Positions 1 through 10,948 of a stretch of 64,000 bases of DNA are shown in pieces. Where the stretch lies: assembly GCA_965242965.1 (NCBI GenBank), contig OZ251518.1, positions 3,296,001 to 3,360,000 of the forward strand. Direction: 5' to 3'. The position numbers and the translations under genes are program-made. The notes under the pieces are model-generated. The model did no database searches. It had not been told where the DNA came from and saw only the letters and a program-made list of their open reading frames with translations. Origin of the DNA: Candidatus Poribacteria bacterium. GTDB taxonomy: Bacteria > Poribacteria > WGA-4E > WGA-3G. Every line of letters starts with the position of its first letter. The first letter of the stretch is position 1.

Positions 1-644
1 GGGCACAGGGAAAGGTTACGGAAACGGCGGCGTTAGGCGAGAACCTCTGCCGCACACGGCGCATTTGGAGTGAGTTGGGCTCGCGGACGTTGCATGTTGA
101 GGACATCGTCGAAAACGTGGGGTATCAGGATTCACCTCACATGTATCTCTTCCATATTAATGTCGGGTTCCCAATCCTCGCGCCGGGCAGCGAATTCCTC
201 GCGCCATCATCGCAGGTAACCCCCCGGGACGAACATGCCGCCGAAAACCTGAACAATTACAATTTCGGGGAGCCGCCAACTGCTGATTTCCAGGAGCAGG
301 TATACTATCACACGATGGCGGCGGACGTGCATAACCATAGCCACGTGGCGTTAGTGAACCGTGCGTTTAACAACGGACAAGGCATCGGTGTCTCCGTGCG
401 TTACCACAAAACGCAGTTCCCGAATTTCGTCCAATGGAAAATGTGCGGGGAAGGCACTTACGTCATGGGGTTGGAACCCTCAAACTGCCTTGTCGATGGC
501 AGGGCGGCGGCGCGCGAAGAGGGAACGTTACAGTTCATTGAACCCGGCGGCCGCCGGCACTACGAGGTAGAGATCGGCGTGCTTACCTCTAACGCTGAGA
601 TTGATGCCCTTGAAGAAAAGATTGCTGCAACGCAGAATCAATAA
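1..644 (+). CDS. Aldose 1-epimerase family / DUF4432-like protein, 5' end probably outside the window
   Basis: Motifs SPHMYLFHINVGFP and FVQWKMCGEGTYVMGLEPSN resemble the galactose-mutarotase-like DUF4432 family. The frame is open back to the window edge. Confidence 0.7.
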   Translation, partial: AQGKVTETAALGENLCRTRRIWSELGSRTLHVEDIVENVGYQDSPHMYLFHINVGFPILAPGSEFLAPSSQVTPRDEHAAENLNNYNFGEPPTADFQEQVYYHTMAADVHNHSHVALVNRAFNNGQGIGVSVRYHKTQFPNFVQWKMCGEGTYVMGLEPSNCLVDGRAAAREEGTLQFIEPGGRRHYEVEIGVLTSNAEIDALEEKIAATQNQ

Positions 645-676
645 TACCAAATTAATCCTTACTTAAGGAGAAACCT

Positions 677-2671
677 ATGACTAGGAGATGTTTACCCTTA
701 TCGCTCACCGCGTTCGCGCTCATCGCGATGTTGATATTCTTCGGATGCAGTGCGAAGGAAACACCACCGCCTGCCGCCGTGGAAGCACCGGCTGAGTCCG
801 CAGAAGCGGAAGCAGCGATGCAACCTGAATCACCGGAGGCAAAGGAAGGAGAACCGGCTGAAAGAGAAGAAGAGAGCGCGCCCGAAGCACACCGCCATCA
901 TCCGGAAGAGGAAGCGGCAATGTCTCTCCCTACCGTGCCGGAAGACAGTGTGCTCCATCTGATTCCCGAACAAACGATTGGGCTCATTTACTGCCCCAGT
1001 CTGGCTGAATTAGATACTCGGCTGAACGCGCTCGCGCAAGAGTTGATGCCCATGGCAGAACCGCCCGAGCTCCTCGCCAGCATTCTCGCCGACACGTTCG
1101 GCGCAGGTTTTGAGAGCCTTGACGAATTAGAGGAGATTGGGCTTGATTTAAACAAGGATTTCGCCATCTTTTTCACGAGTCTAGAACCGATGTTCCTCTC
1201 CGCCACCGTGCATTTGACTGAACCGGAAGCCATCATGCAGGTAATTGAGATGGAGGCAGAAGGCTCTGCACCCGTGGAATACAACGGCGTAACCTATTGG
1301 AACGCCGCTGGAGGTGGCGGTAGTTTCGCCATTTTAGATGATGTGCTTGTCTTCTCACAGCAGGCGACGGTATGTGAAAGCGCGATTGATACCTTTCAAG
1401 GGAATACACCGGCTGTTGCGATGAATGTCAATTACACCCGGTTTCTCACCGATGTTGTCGCAGGCACGAATCAACTCGCCGTTCGCTTTGACTTTGACTC
1501 CATCGGGCCGCTCTTGAGCGTGAAGTTGGAAGAAGAAGTGAACGAGATGGTTGACAGCCTAGAAAGTGCCTCCGAATCCGCCGGGCTGGTTCCGATGGTT
1601 GCGAAAACATTGGGCGGCGCGCTTTCTTTGATTGACAAAGCGAAGACACTCAGGGTGACGCTATCGGTTGAAGGTGCCGATGTGCAAATCGCGCCTTCCC
1701 TCACCTTCAAACCCGGCAGCGCGATGCAAAAAATGCTCAGTGGGATGCAGGGCGAATTGTCCCTACTCAACGGGTTACCGGAACGTGCAACGATGAGTGG
1801 CGCGATAAAGGTCAGCTCCAAGACACTGCTTGAGATAGGCAAGTTCGGGTTCATGTTCTTCCCGCAAGATACCCCCGAACAAAAGGCGGTGCTTGAACCG
1901 GTGATTGAAAGGATGACGGGATTTTACGATGCTCTTACTGGAGAGATGGCATCTACTCTCAACTTCAGCGATAGTCTGATTCCTGACTCCCTTATCGTTT
2001 ACGGCGTTCAAGACGCGGCGAAGGCGCGGGCGTATATGGACGAGGGATTTGTGGAGCAGCTGCAAGTTTCCATGCGGTTAATGCAAGGCATGATGGCGGG
2101 GTTGCCGAACGCTGACGGTGTGCTCGGCATGTATGAAGGCGCGGCACCCGGGCCGTCTGAAATGCATAGCGGCGTGGAAATTAAAAGTTATACCTTTCCT
2201 AATTTCGGGAAGGTGTGGGCGCAAGCAGAAGTCCCACTCCCCCTTCCTCCGGTATGGAATTGCTATTACGCTTTCACCGAAGCACATCTCTTTTTGGTGA
2301 TGGGGAGTAGCCCGCAACTCTTGAAAGACGCTCTCGATGGCATGGCGGGCACTGGCACAACGCTGGCAACCCATCCGAGTTATCAGCACTTAGCGCGAAA
2401 GTTGGGCACGGATAATCACGTCTTTTACGCGATTTCACCCATCATCGCGGCGAAGAGTTTGAGCCCACTCTTGATACAGAGCGACCCGGGCAGTGCCGCG
2501 GCACTGCAAATGTTTTCGGGCATGTTGGAGAATCTCCCGGATAATTACAGCATCGGCTTCGCCGCCAAAGCACATGACGGCGGAATTGATACCAAGCTGC
2601 TCCTCACCCTCGGTGATTTCAAGCAGCTCATCCAAATGATGGCGATGATGACAGGCGGAAGCCGAGGATAG
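677..2671 (+). CDS. Hypothetical lipoprotein, 664 aa
   Basis: RBS AAGGAG upstream, hydrophobic signal ending FFG-C, acidic low-complexity linker. Confidence 0.75.
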   Translation: MTRRCLPLSLTAFALIAMLIFFGCSAKETPPPAAVEAPAESAEAEAAMQPESPEAKEGEPAEREEESAPEAHRHHPEEEAAMSLPTVPEDSVLHLIPEQTIGLIYCPSLAELDTRLNALAQELMPMAEPPELLASILADTFGAGFESLDELEEIGLDLNKDFAIFFTSLEPMFLSATVHLTEPEAIMQVIEMEAEGSAPVEYNGVTYWNAAGGGGSFAILDDVLVFSQQATVCESAIDTFQGNTPAVAMNVNYTRFLTDVVAGTNQLAVRFDFDSIGPLLSVKLEEEVNEMVDSLESASESAGLVPMVAKTLGGALSLIDKAKTLRVTLSVEGADVQIAPSLTFKPGSAMQKMLSGMQGELSLLNGLPERATMSGAIKVSSKTLLEIGKFGFMFFPQDTPEQKAVLEPVIERMTGFYDALTGEMASTLNFSDSLIPDSLIVYGVQDAAKARAYMDEGFVEQLQVSMRLMQGMMAGLPNADGVLGMYEGAAPGPSEMHSGVEIKSYTFPNFGKVWAQAEVPLPLPPVWNCYYAFTEAHLFLVMGSSPQLLKDALDGMAGTGTTLATHPSYQHLARKLGTDNHVFYAISPIIAAKSLSPLLIQSDPGSAAALQMFSGMLENLPDNYSIGFAAKAHDGGIDTKLLLTLGDFKQLIQMMAMMTGGSRG

Positions 2672-2842
2672 GTATCCTGCAACCGAAAAGCATCGGGCAT
2701 CGTTAAGTTTGCAAGATAGACGATTTCCCGCGGTAGGCGCGGTTTCAAACCGCGCCTCCGGGGTTCAGTCTGCGTCTATCCTATTGCAGAATACGTAAAA
2801 AAAGTTGTTATCAGCGGCCTCGGGTCGCGAAGGAGAAAAGTT

Positions 2843-4123
2843 TTGAATTTCAGAAACCAGGGTTACAAACGCGCGCGGCACGCCATCGCCATCGGCGAAG
2901 TTGTCCTCGCCTGCCTGCTACTCATCGTCTCATTCGCTGTAGCAGACACAGGGGAGGAAGAAGCCGCGCCGCCGAAGAAAAGTCCCGTAAAAATCGGCGG
3001 GGCAATGCGGGTAAGCTATGTCTACGGCACTTACGGCACTGATGAAAGTCCGCATCGCCGCGGCCAACGCATCGGTGATGTCGATCTTGAGATTTTCCGA
3101 CTCAACGCCGATCTGGACTATCGCAACATCATCAGTCGGTTGGAATACCGGTGGTACGACAATTACAGCATGATTCATACGGCGTGGTTAGGCTATAACC
3201 TCGGCGATTTTGGAACGCTCAAAGCCGGGATTGTGCGCGTGCCTTTCGGACCCGGGCCCTACGGCGTGTCCTCGAGTTGGTATTTTGACCAGCACTATTA
3301 CGTCGGACTTGCCGATGACATGGATCTCGGGGTAAGATGGAATAGCACTTTTGACAAGTTGCAACTTGACGTTGCCTACTACTTGCAAAGCGAATTCCAA
3401 ACCGATGGCGATAGCGTCGCGAGCTCGCGCTACAGTTATGACATCGTCAAATGGGAAGAACACGCCGATGCAAAAGGTGTTGTGGCGTGGGGTGCCGGGG
3501 AAAACGGGTTTGATGAGCAACATCAAATGAACCTGCGCGCGATTTATAGCGTGGGGGATGTTGCGGACATCGGCGCGTCACTGCAATACGGGTTGCTGAA
3601 AGGAACCGACGTGGATGACGATGGCGCGAACCACTACGCTGTCTCCGCGCACATGAAAAACACGTTCTCGGATTTCACCCTCTTTTCGCAAGCCTCCTAT
3701 TACGCGTATAACATCACGGATGAAACGCCTTGGGGCACCGGAGATTTGATTCCGATGGGTGCGTTTGATTTTGCGTGGCCCATCGCCTCAAAAGGATTCA
3801 TTCCCGGCATCTCGCTGCGCTACGGTGGCATTGATGCGTCTAGTATTTCGTGGATTGACAGTGTTACGCCGTATGCTGAATTCAGCACTGTCCTGAAAAC
3901 GGGAACGGATTACAATCCCAGCCATCTGGTGGTTATCGGCGCGAGTTGGACGCTCTTCGGGAATCTCTATCTCTATAGCGATGTCGGGATTTCCAACGGC
4001 AACTTTTTTGTCGGTAACGATGGCGATGACTACGGCAACATCAACAGCGTTGGCGACTTTGGTGCCAATGGCAATGACACGTGGAATACGCGTGTTAATT
4101 TGAACTTCGGCTATTATTTCTAG
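2843..4123 (+). CDS. Outer-membrane beta-barrel / porin-like protein
   Basis: Signal peptide, alternating aromatic beta strands, C-terminal VNLNFGYYF ending in Phe; lies directly upstream of a BCCT transporter. Confidence 0.7.
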   Translation: MNFRNQGYKRARHAIAIGEVVLACLLLIVSFAVADTGEEEAAPPKKSPVKIGGAMRVSYVYGTYGTDESPHRRGQRIGDVDLEIFRLNADLDYRNIISRLEYRWYDNYSMIHTAWLGYNLGDFGTLKAGIVRVPFGPGPYGVSSSWYFDQHYYVGLADDMDLGVRWNSTFDKLQLDVAYYLQSEFQTDGDSVASSRYSYDIVKWEEHADAKGVVAWGAGENGFDEQHQMNLRAIYSVGDVADIGASLQYGLLKGTDVDDDGANHYAVSAHMKNTFSDFTLFSQASYYAYNITDETPWGTGDLIPMGAFDFAWPIASKGFIPGISLRYGGIDASSISWIDSVTPYAEFSTVLKTGTDYNPSHLVVIGASWTLFGNLYLYSDVGISNGNFFVGNDGDDYGNINSVGDFGANGNDTWNTRVNLNFGYYF

Positions 4124-4254
4124 CATTTCTCTGTATTGTCCGAAGGATGAATACGCGACCGTCGCTGAGTCGCTTAGGGCGAGGGGGGGCAAGAGACGAA
4201 AAGAAACCCCCCGCGCCTCCTTCGCGGCGATACAGAAAAATCAAGGAGAAAATT

Positions 4255-5880
4255 ATGCAGATGCACGAAGACGAAAAACAGTCGCGTTTGCCGGACGAAG
4301 AACAGTACCAGAAGCTCTTCGGCCTAAACATTCTGTTGACACCGGTATTCGTGATTTCCAGTATCGCTATCGTGGTTTTTGTTCTCGGTTCGCTTATTTT
4401 TCAGGAACACGCCACGACGCTCTTTAAGCATACGCGTTCATGGCTCACGACGAACCTTGACTGGTTTTTCATGCTCAGCGTCAATCTTGTCGTGCTATTT
4501 TGTCTGGTGGTGGCATTTTCCCCACTCGGCAAGGTGCGCCTCGGTGGGAAAGATGCGAAGCCTGAATACTCCTACCTTACCTGGTTGGCGATGCTCTTCG
4601 CCGCGGGTGTCGGCATTGGGCTCCTCTTTTTCGGGGTGCTTGAGCCGGTTACCTACTTTCAGAGTCCACCGCTCGGCGTAGAGAAAATCTATGACACAGA
4701 TACTGCCTATACCGCGGAGAATACGCCCGACATGAATGCCGCTGACACGCAGAAGGTAGCTGCCTTGGCGATAGCGACAACCACTTTTCACTGGGGCTTG
4801 CACGGGTGGGCCGTCTACGCTATTGTCGGCCTCGCGCTCGCATTTTTCGCGTATAATAAAGGGCTACCTCTGACTATCCGTTCCGCGTTCTATCCTATCT
4901 TCGGAGAGCGGATTTGGGGCTGGCCCGGGCACATTATTGATACGTTCGCAATCTTTGCCGGGCTCTTCGGGCTCGCAACATCGCTCGGTTTCGGGGCGCA
5001 GCAAGTGACAGCCGGACTCAATTATCTCTTTGGCGTGCCACAGAATATCTGGACGATGGTAGGCTTGATTCTCTTCATTACTACGATAGCGATGATTTCT
5101 GTGTTGTCCGGCATTAATGTCGGCATTAAGCGGCTGAGTCAATTCAACATCATCCTCGCCTTCGTATTGCTAGGTGTCGTGATGATTCTCGGCCCGACAG
5201 GTTACATTTTCCGCAGTCTGTTCGCAGGACTCAAGGAATATGCCGTGCAAGTTTTACCGCTCAGCAATTGGGTGGGAAGACCGGATAAGGCGTTCATGCA
5301 TGGATGGACAACGTTCTATTGGGCATGGTGGATTGCCTGGGCCCCTTTCGTTGGCTCGTTCATCGCACGTGTTTCAAAGGGGCGCACCGTGAGAGAGTTC
5401 ATGTTTTTTGTGCTTATCCTCCCGACGCTCCTCTGTTTGCTGTGGTTTAGTGTTTTCGGAGGCACCTCCATCCACGAATTCCTCACGAGCGGCTACACAG
5501 GGGTAACCGAGACTGTTGAGGCGTACAAACCGGAACTCGTGCTTTTCAAAATGTTTGACGTGCTGCCATTGACGATGCTGCTCTCCTGTGTGGGGATGAC
5601 GCTAACAATCGTCTTTTTTGTCACTTCATCAGATTCCGGCTCGCTCATCATTGACACTATCGCCTCCGGCGGTAGGGTAGATGCACCTGCCGCGCAACGG
5701 GTATTCTGGGCGTGGGCAGAAGGGCTTGTCGCAATCGTCCTGCTAGTCGGCGGTGGTTTGACAGCCTTGCAAGCCGCCTCTCTCTCTACAGGGCTGCCCT
5801 TCGCGCTGGTGCTCCTTGGGATGTGTGTCTGCGTCTGGATAGGGCTCCGTCGCGAACGCGCTGAAGAAAGAGAGGACTAA
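4255..5880 (+). CDS. BCCT family (betaine/carnitine/choline) transporter
   Basis: Motifs WLAMLFAAGVGIGL, FHWGLHGWAVY, WTTFYWAWWIAWAPFVG, FFVTSSDSG. Start placed at ATG 4255 after AAGGAG. Confidence 0.95.
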   Translation: MQMHEDEKQSRLPDEEQYQKLFGLNILLTPVFVISSIAIVVFVLGSLIFQEHATTLFKHTRSWLTTNLDWFFMLSVNLVVLFCLVVAFSPLGKVRLGGKDAKPEYSYLTWLAMLFAAGVGIGLLFFGVLEPVTYFQSPPLGVEKIYDTDTAYTAENTPDMNAADTQKVAALAIATTTFHWGLHGWAVYAIVGLALAFFAYNKGLPLTIRSAFYPIFGERIWGWPGHIIDTFAIFAGLFGLATSLGFGAQQVTAGLNYLFGVPQNIWTMVGLILFITTIAMISVLSGINVGIKRLSQFNIILAFVLLGVVMILGPTGYIFRSLFAGLKEYAVQVLPLSNWVGRPDKAFMHGWTTFYWAWWIAWAPFVGSFIARVSKGRTVREFMFFVLILPTLLCLLWFSVFGGTSIHEFLTSGYTGVTETVEAYKPELVLFKMFDVLPLTMLLSCVGMTLTIVFFVTSSDSGSLIIDTIASGGRVDAPAAQRVFWAWAEGLVAIVLLVGGGLTALQAASLSTGLPFALVLLGMCVCVWIGLRRERAEERED

Positions 5881-5973
5881 CCCGGTAGGCGCGCTTTCAA
5901 AGCGCGCCTAATCCGATGAGTCTAGCGTTTTTGTCTCAATGAAGTTGGACTACCGCTAGGCACAACGAAAAAT

Positions 5974-7032
5974 ATGAAAATCCTTGGTATTGACACTTCG
6001 TGTGATGAGACAGCGGTTGCGGTTGTCGCCGATGGGCGCGATGTGCTGTCCAACGTCATCGCTTCGCAGGTAAAAGCGCATCAGGAATACGGCGGCGTTG
6101 TCCCCGAACTCGCATCGCGCAAACACATCGAAGCGATTAACTACATCGTTGATAAAGCACTCACGGAAGCGAACGTCACCTTTCACGACGTGGATGCAGT
6201 GGCGGTGACAAATCGTCCCGGGCTCATCGGCGCGCTCCTCATCGGCGTGGCGGCGGCGAAAAGCCTCGCTTACGCGCACAACCTCCCACTGCTCGGCATT
6301 AATCACATTGAGGGACATATCTATGCCAACTACATGGTGCATGACGCGCTGACGTTTCCGCATATCTGTCTCACCGTTTCTGGCGGACATACGCTACTCG
6401 TTGAGGTGCACGAAGGATGGAGATACAAGGTTTTGGGGAGCACCCAAGACGATGCAGCCGGAGAAGTCTATGATAAAGTAGCGAAATACCTGGGACTCGG
6501 TTTCCCCGGCGGCAGAATTATCGATGAACTCGCGCAAAAAGGGAACCCTACCGCAATAGACTTCCCCCGGCCGATGCGCAACAGCGGCGATTATCAATTC
6601 AGTTTCAGCGGCATCAAAACGTCGGTTCGTTATTTCATTGAGAAAGCGCAACGTCAGCGGGCCTCGGCTTCTAATAAAACAGGCTCGCCTGATTCCGTTA
6701 CCGCAGAACTTCCAGCCGCGATTGAAGACATCGCCGCGAGTTTCCAAGCCGCCGTAGTAGACGTGCTTGTCTACAAAACGCTCCGCGCAGCGAAAGAGAC
6801 AGGCGCGAAAACAGTCACATTAACCGGCGGTGTCGCGGCGAACAGCCAATTGCGGGCATCGTTAAAAGCCGCTGCTGCGGAGCTCGGCGCGAATGTCTAC
6901 TATCCGCCGATTAGCCTCTGCACCGATAACGGTGCCATGATTGCGGGCATTGCTTACGTCAAATATCAGCAGGGCTTGCGCGATGGACTCGCACTCAACG
7001 CTGCCGCAAAAGGGACGATTGTGGACGTTTAG
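5974..7032 (+). CDS. tsaD: tRNA N6-adenosine threonylcarbamoyltransferase TsaD
   Basis: ILGIDTSCDETA, GGVVPELASRKH, NHIEGH, VSGGHT, TDNGAMIA. Confidence 0.97.
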   Translation: MKILGIDTSCDETAVAVVADGRDVLSNVIASQVKAHQEYGGVVPELASRKHIEAINYIVDKALTEANVTFHDVDAVAVTNRPGLIGALLIGVAAAKSLAYAHNLPLLGINHIEGHIYANYMVHDALTFPHICLTVSGGHTLLVEVHEGWRYKVLGSTQDDAAGEVYDKVAKYLGLGFPGGRIIDELAQKGNPTAIDFPRPMRNSGDYQFSFSGIKTSVRYFIEKAQRQRASASNKTGSPDSVTAELPAAIEDIAASFQAAVVDVLVYKTLRAAKETGAKTVTLTGGVAANSQLRASLKAAAAELGANVYYPPISLCTDNGAMIAGIAYVKYQQGLRDGLALNAAAKGTIVDV

Positions 7033-7047
7033 AGGAGGGAATGCCCT

Positions 7048-7659
7048 GTGGATTCTCATGAACGCATTAACACTGCTGCAAACTGTCTCGCAGCCGGCGG
7101 CATTGTCGCTGTCCCTACCGATACCGTATACGGGTTAGGTGCCGATGCATTTAATGCCGATGCCGTGCAGAAACTCTACACCTTGAAGGGACGGCCCGCA
7201 GGAAAACCGATTCCGCTCGTCCTCGGCACAGTGGACAATGTGCATCAAGTCGCACAAAACTTACCGGGGTTCTTTTTTCATCTCACCGAGAAGTTTTGGC
7301 CCGGCGGCTTGACTATCGTCGTGGAGGCGAAAAATCTGCTACCGATATTAACAGCCGGCGGCAGCACTGTCGGCCTGCGCATCCCGAACCATCCGCTCCT
7401 CTTGCGAGTCCTCCGGCTGTTCGGCAAGCCGATGGCGATGACGAGCGCGAATCTCTCTGGGGAACCCCCCGCGACTTCTGTGCAAGAATTCGGCGAGGAG
7501 TTGGTATCGCAAATTGATATGATAGTTGACGGCGGCAAAACACCGGGGCCCGTGCCATCCACAGTCTACGATATTTCTGTCTCGCCGCCGCAGCTCCGTC
7601 GCCCCGGCGTGATTTCCGAAGAGATACTCGTTAACGAACTCGCGTCTTACAATTTGTAA
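7048..7659 (+). CDS. tsaC: L-threonylcarbamoyladenylate synthase (YrdC/Sua5 family)
   Basis: VAVPTDTVYGL, LKGRP, FWPGGLT, TSANLSG; adjacent to tsaD. Confidence 0.93.
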   Translation: MDSHERINTAANCLAAGGIVAVPTDTVYGLGADAFNADAVQKLYTLKGRPAGKPIPLVLGTVDNVHQVAQNLPGFFFHLTEKFWPGGLTIVVEAKNLLPILTAGGSTVGLRIPNHPLLLRVLRLFGKPMAMTSANLSGEPPATSVQEFGEELVSQIDMIVDGGKTPGPVPSTVYDISVSPPQLRRPGVISEEILVNELASYNL

Positions 7660-7661
7660 GG

Positions 7662-8297
7662 ATGGATGTCTCTCTGTCCGTTTCAGATGTCTCTATCCGT
7701 CGAGAAGAAAGGAACTGTGTGTTACAACAAGCATTAAAGCAACTTCTCCAATTCCTATCCACGCCGACTGGACAGTCAATGCTCCTCGCGCTTGTCAGCC
7801 TAATTGCATTAGCAGTCGTCTACCACAAAAAACGGCAGATTCCAGGGCTGACTGTAGCGGTTATCGCCGAAGATACGTGGTTTATCAACCGCGAAGACAG
7901 CGATAAAGGGCGGCAACGCCTCGCCATCGTTGTCTCGTTGCATTTGATGAACAAATCGGCTGCACCGATTCGGTTGCGCACCTGTAAACTGAGCGGCTAC
8001 TCGCCGAAACCACCGCCAGAGAAACTCTTCTTGCAGGGACACGACAGAAGCGTTGAACTCACCTATCCGAAATACGCCCTCTTTTCAGATGCCTACAATT
8101 CGGAGTATGTCCTGAACCCTTACACCGAACAGCGGATGTGGGTTTTCTATCACTCCGGCATTGTCACGATGACGAACATGCTCCGCGCGCCGATTGTGCT
8201 GAAGGATGTCAATCGGAAGCGCAAATCGGTGCATGTCGCCGTGCCTCGCAATATGGAGCAAATCCAACTCTATCGCGAAGCGGCGATGAGATGGTAG
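7662..8297 (+). CDS. Hypothetical membrane-anchored protein (start may be GTG 7719)
   Basis: Co-oriented with tsaD-tsaC, one N-terminal transmembrane segment. Confidence 0.65.
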   Translation: MDVSLSVSDVSIRREERNCVLQQALKQLLQFLSTPTGQSMLLALVSLIALAVVYHKKRQIPGLTVAVIAEDTWFINREDSDKGRQRLAIVVSLHLMNKSAAPIRLRTCKLSGYSPKPPPEKLFLQGHDRSVELTYPKYALFSDAYNSEYVLNPYTEQRMWVFYHSGIVTMTNMLRAPIVLKDVNRKRKSVHVAVPRNMEQIQLYREAAMRW

Positions 8298-8326
8298 TCC
8301 GCAGCCTATAAGCGCGGCGTGCTTTT

Positions 8327-9370
8327 TTATGCGAACTCCGCCAACTTCACCGATTTCCCACCCGCCTCTGCCGAGGCATCCGCCGCGAAGACGACGCGGT
8401 GAGATTCAAACGCGGTGTCAAAATCTGTCAGCGGCATCGGTTCGTTTCGGTTGAGACTATCGATGAACGCTTGGAACTGCGGTTCATACGGATGATCGCT
8501 CACGTCACCGGAGTCAATGAGCGATGTCTCCAGCGTGCTCCACCGGCTCTTGTCCATTCCTTTCAGTTTCGCCGAGTAGATGCGATTATCCAGCAGGCTC
8601 CCTTCACTTCCGACGAGGTGGATGTGGAAGTAATAAGGCTGCAGGCAATCCACACAGGAGGTAACCTTCCCGATTTTCCCGCCGCCTTCAAACTTGAGCA
8701 GACTGACGCTGGTAGTCTTATACTCGTAAGGTTGGAAATCACGCCCGGTGGATTGAGTGTGATAACTCGTGACCTCCTCGACATTGCCATCCATGAAGAA
8801 GAGCAGTGCATCGAGAGCGTGGCACCCCGCCGTGAGCAGCGTGCTACCGCCGAAATCCTTCTTGATGTTCCACTCGTATTGTCCGTACCAGGGCCCGATA
8901 CCGTGGTAATAGTCAACTTCGGCGTAGTGGAGTTCGCCGAGCAGTCCGTTATCAATGACGGAGCGGATCATCGTGAAATGCGCGCTGTAGCGACATTCAA
9001 AGCAGACGCAGGCTTGCACGCCCGCGCGTCTCACTGCATCGCGAATCGCTTTGGCATCGTCATAGGTGAGGCAGATGGGCTTCTCGATGATGAGATGCTT
9101 CCCTGCCTCCGCCGCGGCGATGGCTTGCTCGGCGTGAAACGGGTGCGGCGTGCAAATATCGACGATGTGGATACCCGGGTCTGCGAGCATTTCTTCGTAG
9201 TCGGTATACGCCTTGAGCGGCGTGCCGTATGTCGCCGCGAGTTCAGTCCCATCGTGCTCGCGCCGCGAGCAGATAGCGGTGACGTTCGCGCCGTTGACAG
9301 CCTTGAATGCGTCAATGTGTGCCCCGGCCACCCAGCCGAGTCCAACAATTCCAACGTTGAGGTTATTCAT
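8327..9370 (-). CDS. Gfo/Idh/MocA family oxidoreductase
   Basis: [10 protein letters not shown] Rossmann motif, HLIIEKP, GCHALD; AAGGAG RBS. Confidence 0.93.
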   Translation of the reverse strand: MNNLNVGIVGLGWVAGAHIDAFKAVNGANVTAICSRREHDGTELAATYGTPLKAYTDYEEMLADPGIHIVDICTPHPFHAEQAIAAAEAGKHLIIEKPICLTYDDAKAIRDAVRRAGVQACVCFECRYSAHFTMIRSVIDNGLLGELHYAEVDYYHGIGPWYGQYEWNIKKDFGGSTLLTAGCHALDALLFFMDGNVEEVTSYHTQSTGRDFQPYEYKTTSVSLLKFEGGGKIGKVTSCVDCLQPYYFHIHLVGSEGSLLDNRIYSAKLKGMDKSRWSTLETSLIDSGDVSDHPYEPQFQAFIDSLNRNEPMPLTDFDTAFESHRVVFAADASAEAGGKSVKLAEFA

Positions 9371-9465
9371 ATTAAGTCTCCTTTTCGTGAATTTGGGATA
9401 TTGTAGCAGAGACGCGGATTTTACGTAACCGCGAATCTGTTAGTTAGCAAGAACATTTCGTTTTC

Positions 9466-9822
9466 CCCGGTAGGAGAGACCTCCCGGTCTCGATGCGAGC
9501 GATGCCCCGGTAGGAGAGCCCTCCTGGTCTCGATGCGAGCGATGCCCCGGTAGGAGAGCCCTCCCGGTCTCGATTTCTGCATCGCTCGCGCGCCGGGCCC
9601 TGTAGTTCAGGAGCACCTGCTCCTGAACCGTTTGTGATCAGGCGATCACAAACTACAGAGAGGGAAACACACATCGGGACGATGGAGATCGCGGGGGAAA
9701 CCCGCTCGGATGCGCGTATGGCATCCGAGGGCCCCCGCGCTACGGTGAAAAAAACGCCATCCCCTAAAATCGAGCCCCGAGGTCTCTCCTACCGGGAAGA
9801 CATCGAAATATGAAACACCCTC
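9466..9822. repeat. GTAG-hairpin (REP-like) repeat cluster with a right-end ATGAAACACCCTC motif
   Basis: Three tandem GTAGGAGAG.CCTCC.GGTCTCGA units plus other hairpin families. Confidence 0.85.
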
Positions 9823-9825
9823 ACC

Positions 9826-10698
9826 TTATTCATCCATCGCGACGCGCCGGTTTGCAATGCAAACAGACTCGCCATCAATTTCAATGCCGATACAGGCACG
9901 TCCCTGGCGCATCGCAGCTACCGCCGTTGTCCCACTGCCGAGGAAAGGATCTAGGACAATCTGGCCATGAACCGAAAACAGAAGTATGAGATGTTCTACG
10001 AGCGCGACAGGTTTCACCGTCAGATGTCCATTAAAATGACTGCGTTGAGGTTTCTCGACAGTCATCACGGTGCTAGGCGCGCTGCCATCTAGAGAGGCAC
10101 TCGCGTCAATCAAACCCGTTTCATGAACTTGCCAATTCTCAACAAACGTGCCGATTCGGGGTTTCTGTGCAAGAATCATCGCCTCGAATTGCGGGCGCAA
10201 CTGAGGGGTTTTCCGCCCTTGAAGGTTCGCCTTCAACGCCTCCTTTTCCTCCTCGGTCTTATCCTTCATGCGAGTGACGAAATGATCCATGGAGAATGCC
10301 TTGAATTGCGCGCGACGAGTGAAGTGCCACGCGTAAAGGTCGCGAATTTCAAACCCCGCGTCCTCAAGTCCAATCGCCATCCGATGCACCAACCGCGGTT
10401 GACTGAACACGACAGCAAACGCGCCCGGCTTCAGCACCCTTATCATCAAACCGCTCACTTCTGTCATGAAGGCTTGTAAGGCTATTCCTTGTTTCGGATC
10501 GAATTTCATTCCGACAGGCAACCCGCCGATAACCCCCGTGGCGCGTTTCGCACCCTTTTTTCCTTTCTTCCAGTCGGCATCAAGGCCATCAAGAAAATAG
10601 GGGGGATCGGTTACGACAAGATGGATGGATTCCTCTTCGAGTTCTGGCAATTTTTCTAGGCAGTTTCCGTGTATAATTTGGGAAGATGGTTTTTGCAT
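9826..10698 (-). CDS. Site-specific DNA methyltransferase (N6-A/N4-C, beta class), orphan
   Basis: IIHGNCLE, TDPPY catalytic motif, HLTVKP, LDPFLGSGTT; no nuclease gene adjacent. Confidence 0.92.
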   Translation of the reverse strand: MQKPSSQIIHGNCLEKLPELEEESIHLVVTDPPYFLDGLDADWKKGKKGAKRATGVIGGLPVGMKFDPKQGIALQAFMTEVSGLMIRVLKPGAFAVVFSQPRLVHRMAIGLEDAGFEIRDLYAWHFTRRAQFKAFSMDHFVTRMKDKTEEEKEALKANLQGRKTPQLRPQFEAMILAQKPRIGTFVENWQVHETGLIDASASLDGSAPSTVMTVEKPQRSHFNGHLTVKPVALVEHLILLFSVHGQIVLDPFLGSGTTAVAAMRQGRACIGIEIDGESVCIANRRVAMDE

Positions 10699-10717
10699 AG
10701 AATTTGTTGGTGATTGC

Positions 10718-10940
10718 GGCATGGCGAGGGACAGGCCCTCGCCCTACGGTAATCGGCACGCTTTTTTTAATCGTAGCGCGGGGGCCTGTCCCCCGCGATC
10801 TCTCCGTGCCCCAAGCATGGCGAGGGACAGGCCCTCGCCCTACAGTAATCGGCACGCTTTTTTTAATCGTAGCGCGGGGGCCTGTCCCCCGCGATCTCTC
10901 CGTGCTCCAGAGCCTGGCGAGGGATAGATTTCCCTCGCCT
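10718..10940. repeat. REP-like doublet tandem repeat
   Basis: Two near-identical units of about 97 bp: GGCGAGGGACAGGCCCTCGCCCTAC ... GTAGCGCGGGGGCCTGTCCCCCGCG. Confidence 0.9.
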
Positions 10941-10948
10941 TTACCGCC

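Noticed and set aside
6645-6715. Extra loop in TsaD, and the acidic insert in HslU, as repeat-derived insertions
   Set aside because: No clear nucleotide match to the repeat families; both fall in regions that are variable in these families.
8399-9406. 335-aa + strand ORF
   Set aside because: Antisense shadow of the Gfo/Idh/MocA gene; no RBS or recognisable motifs.
10590-10595. G6 run in the 9826-10698 methyltransferase as a phase-variation tract
   Set aside because: It encodes the Pro-Pro of the DPPY motif and the frame is intact.
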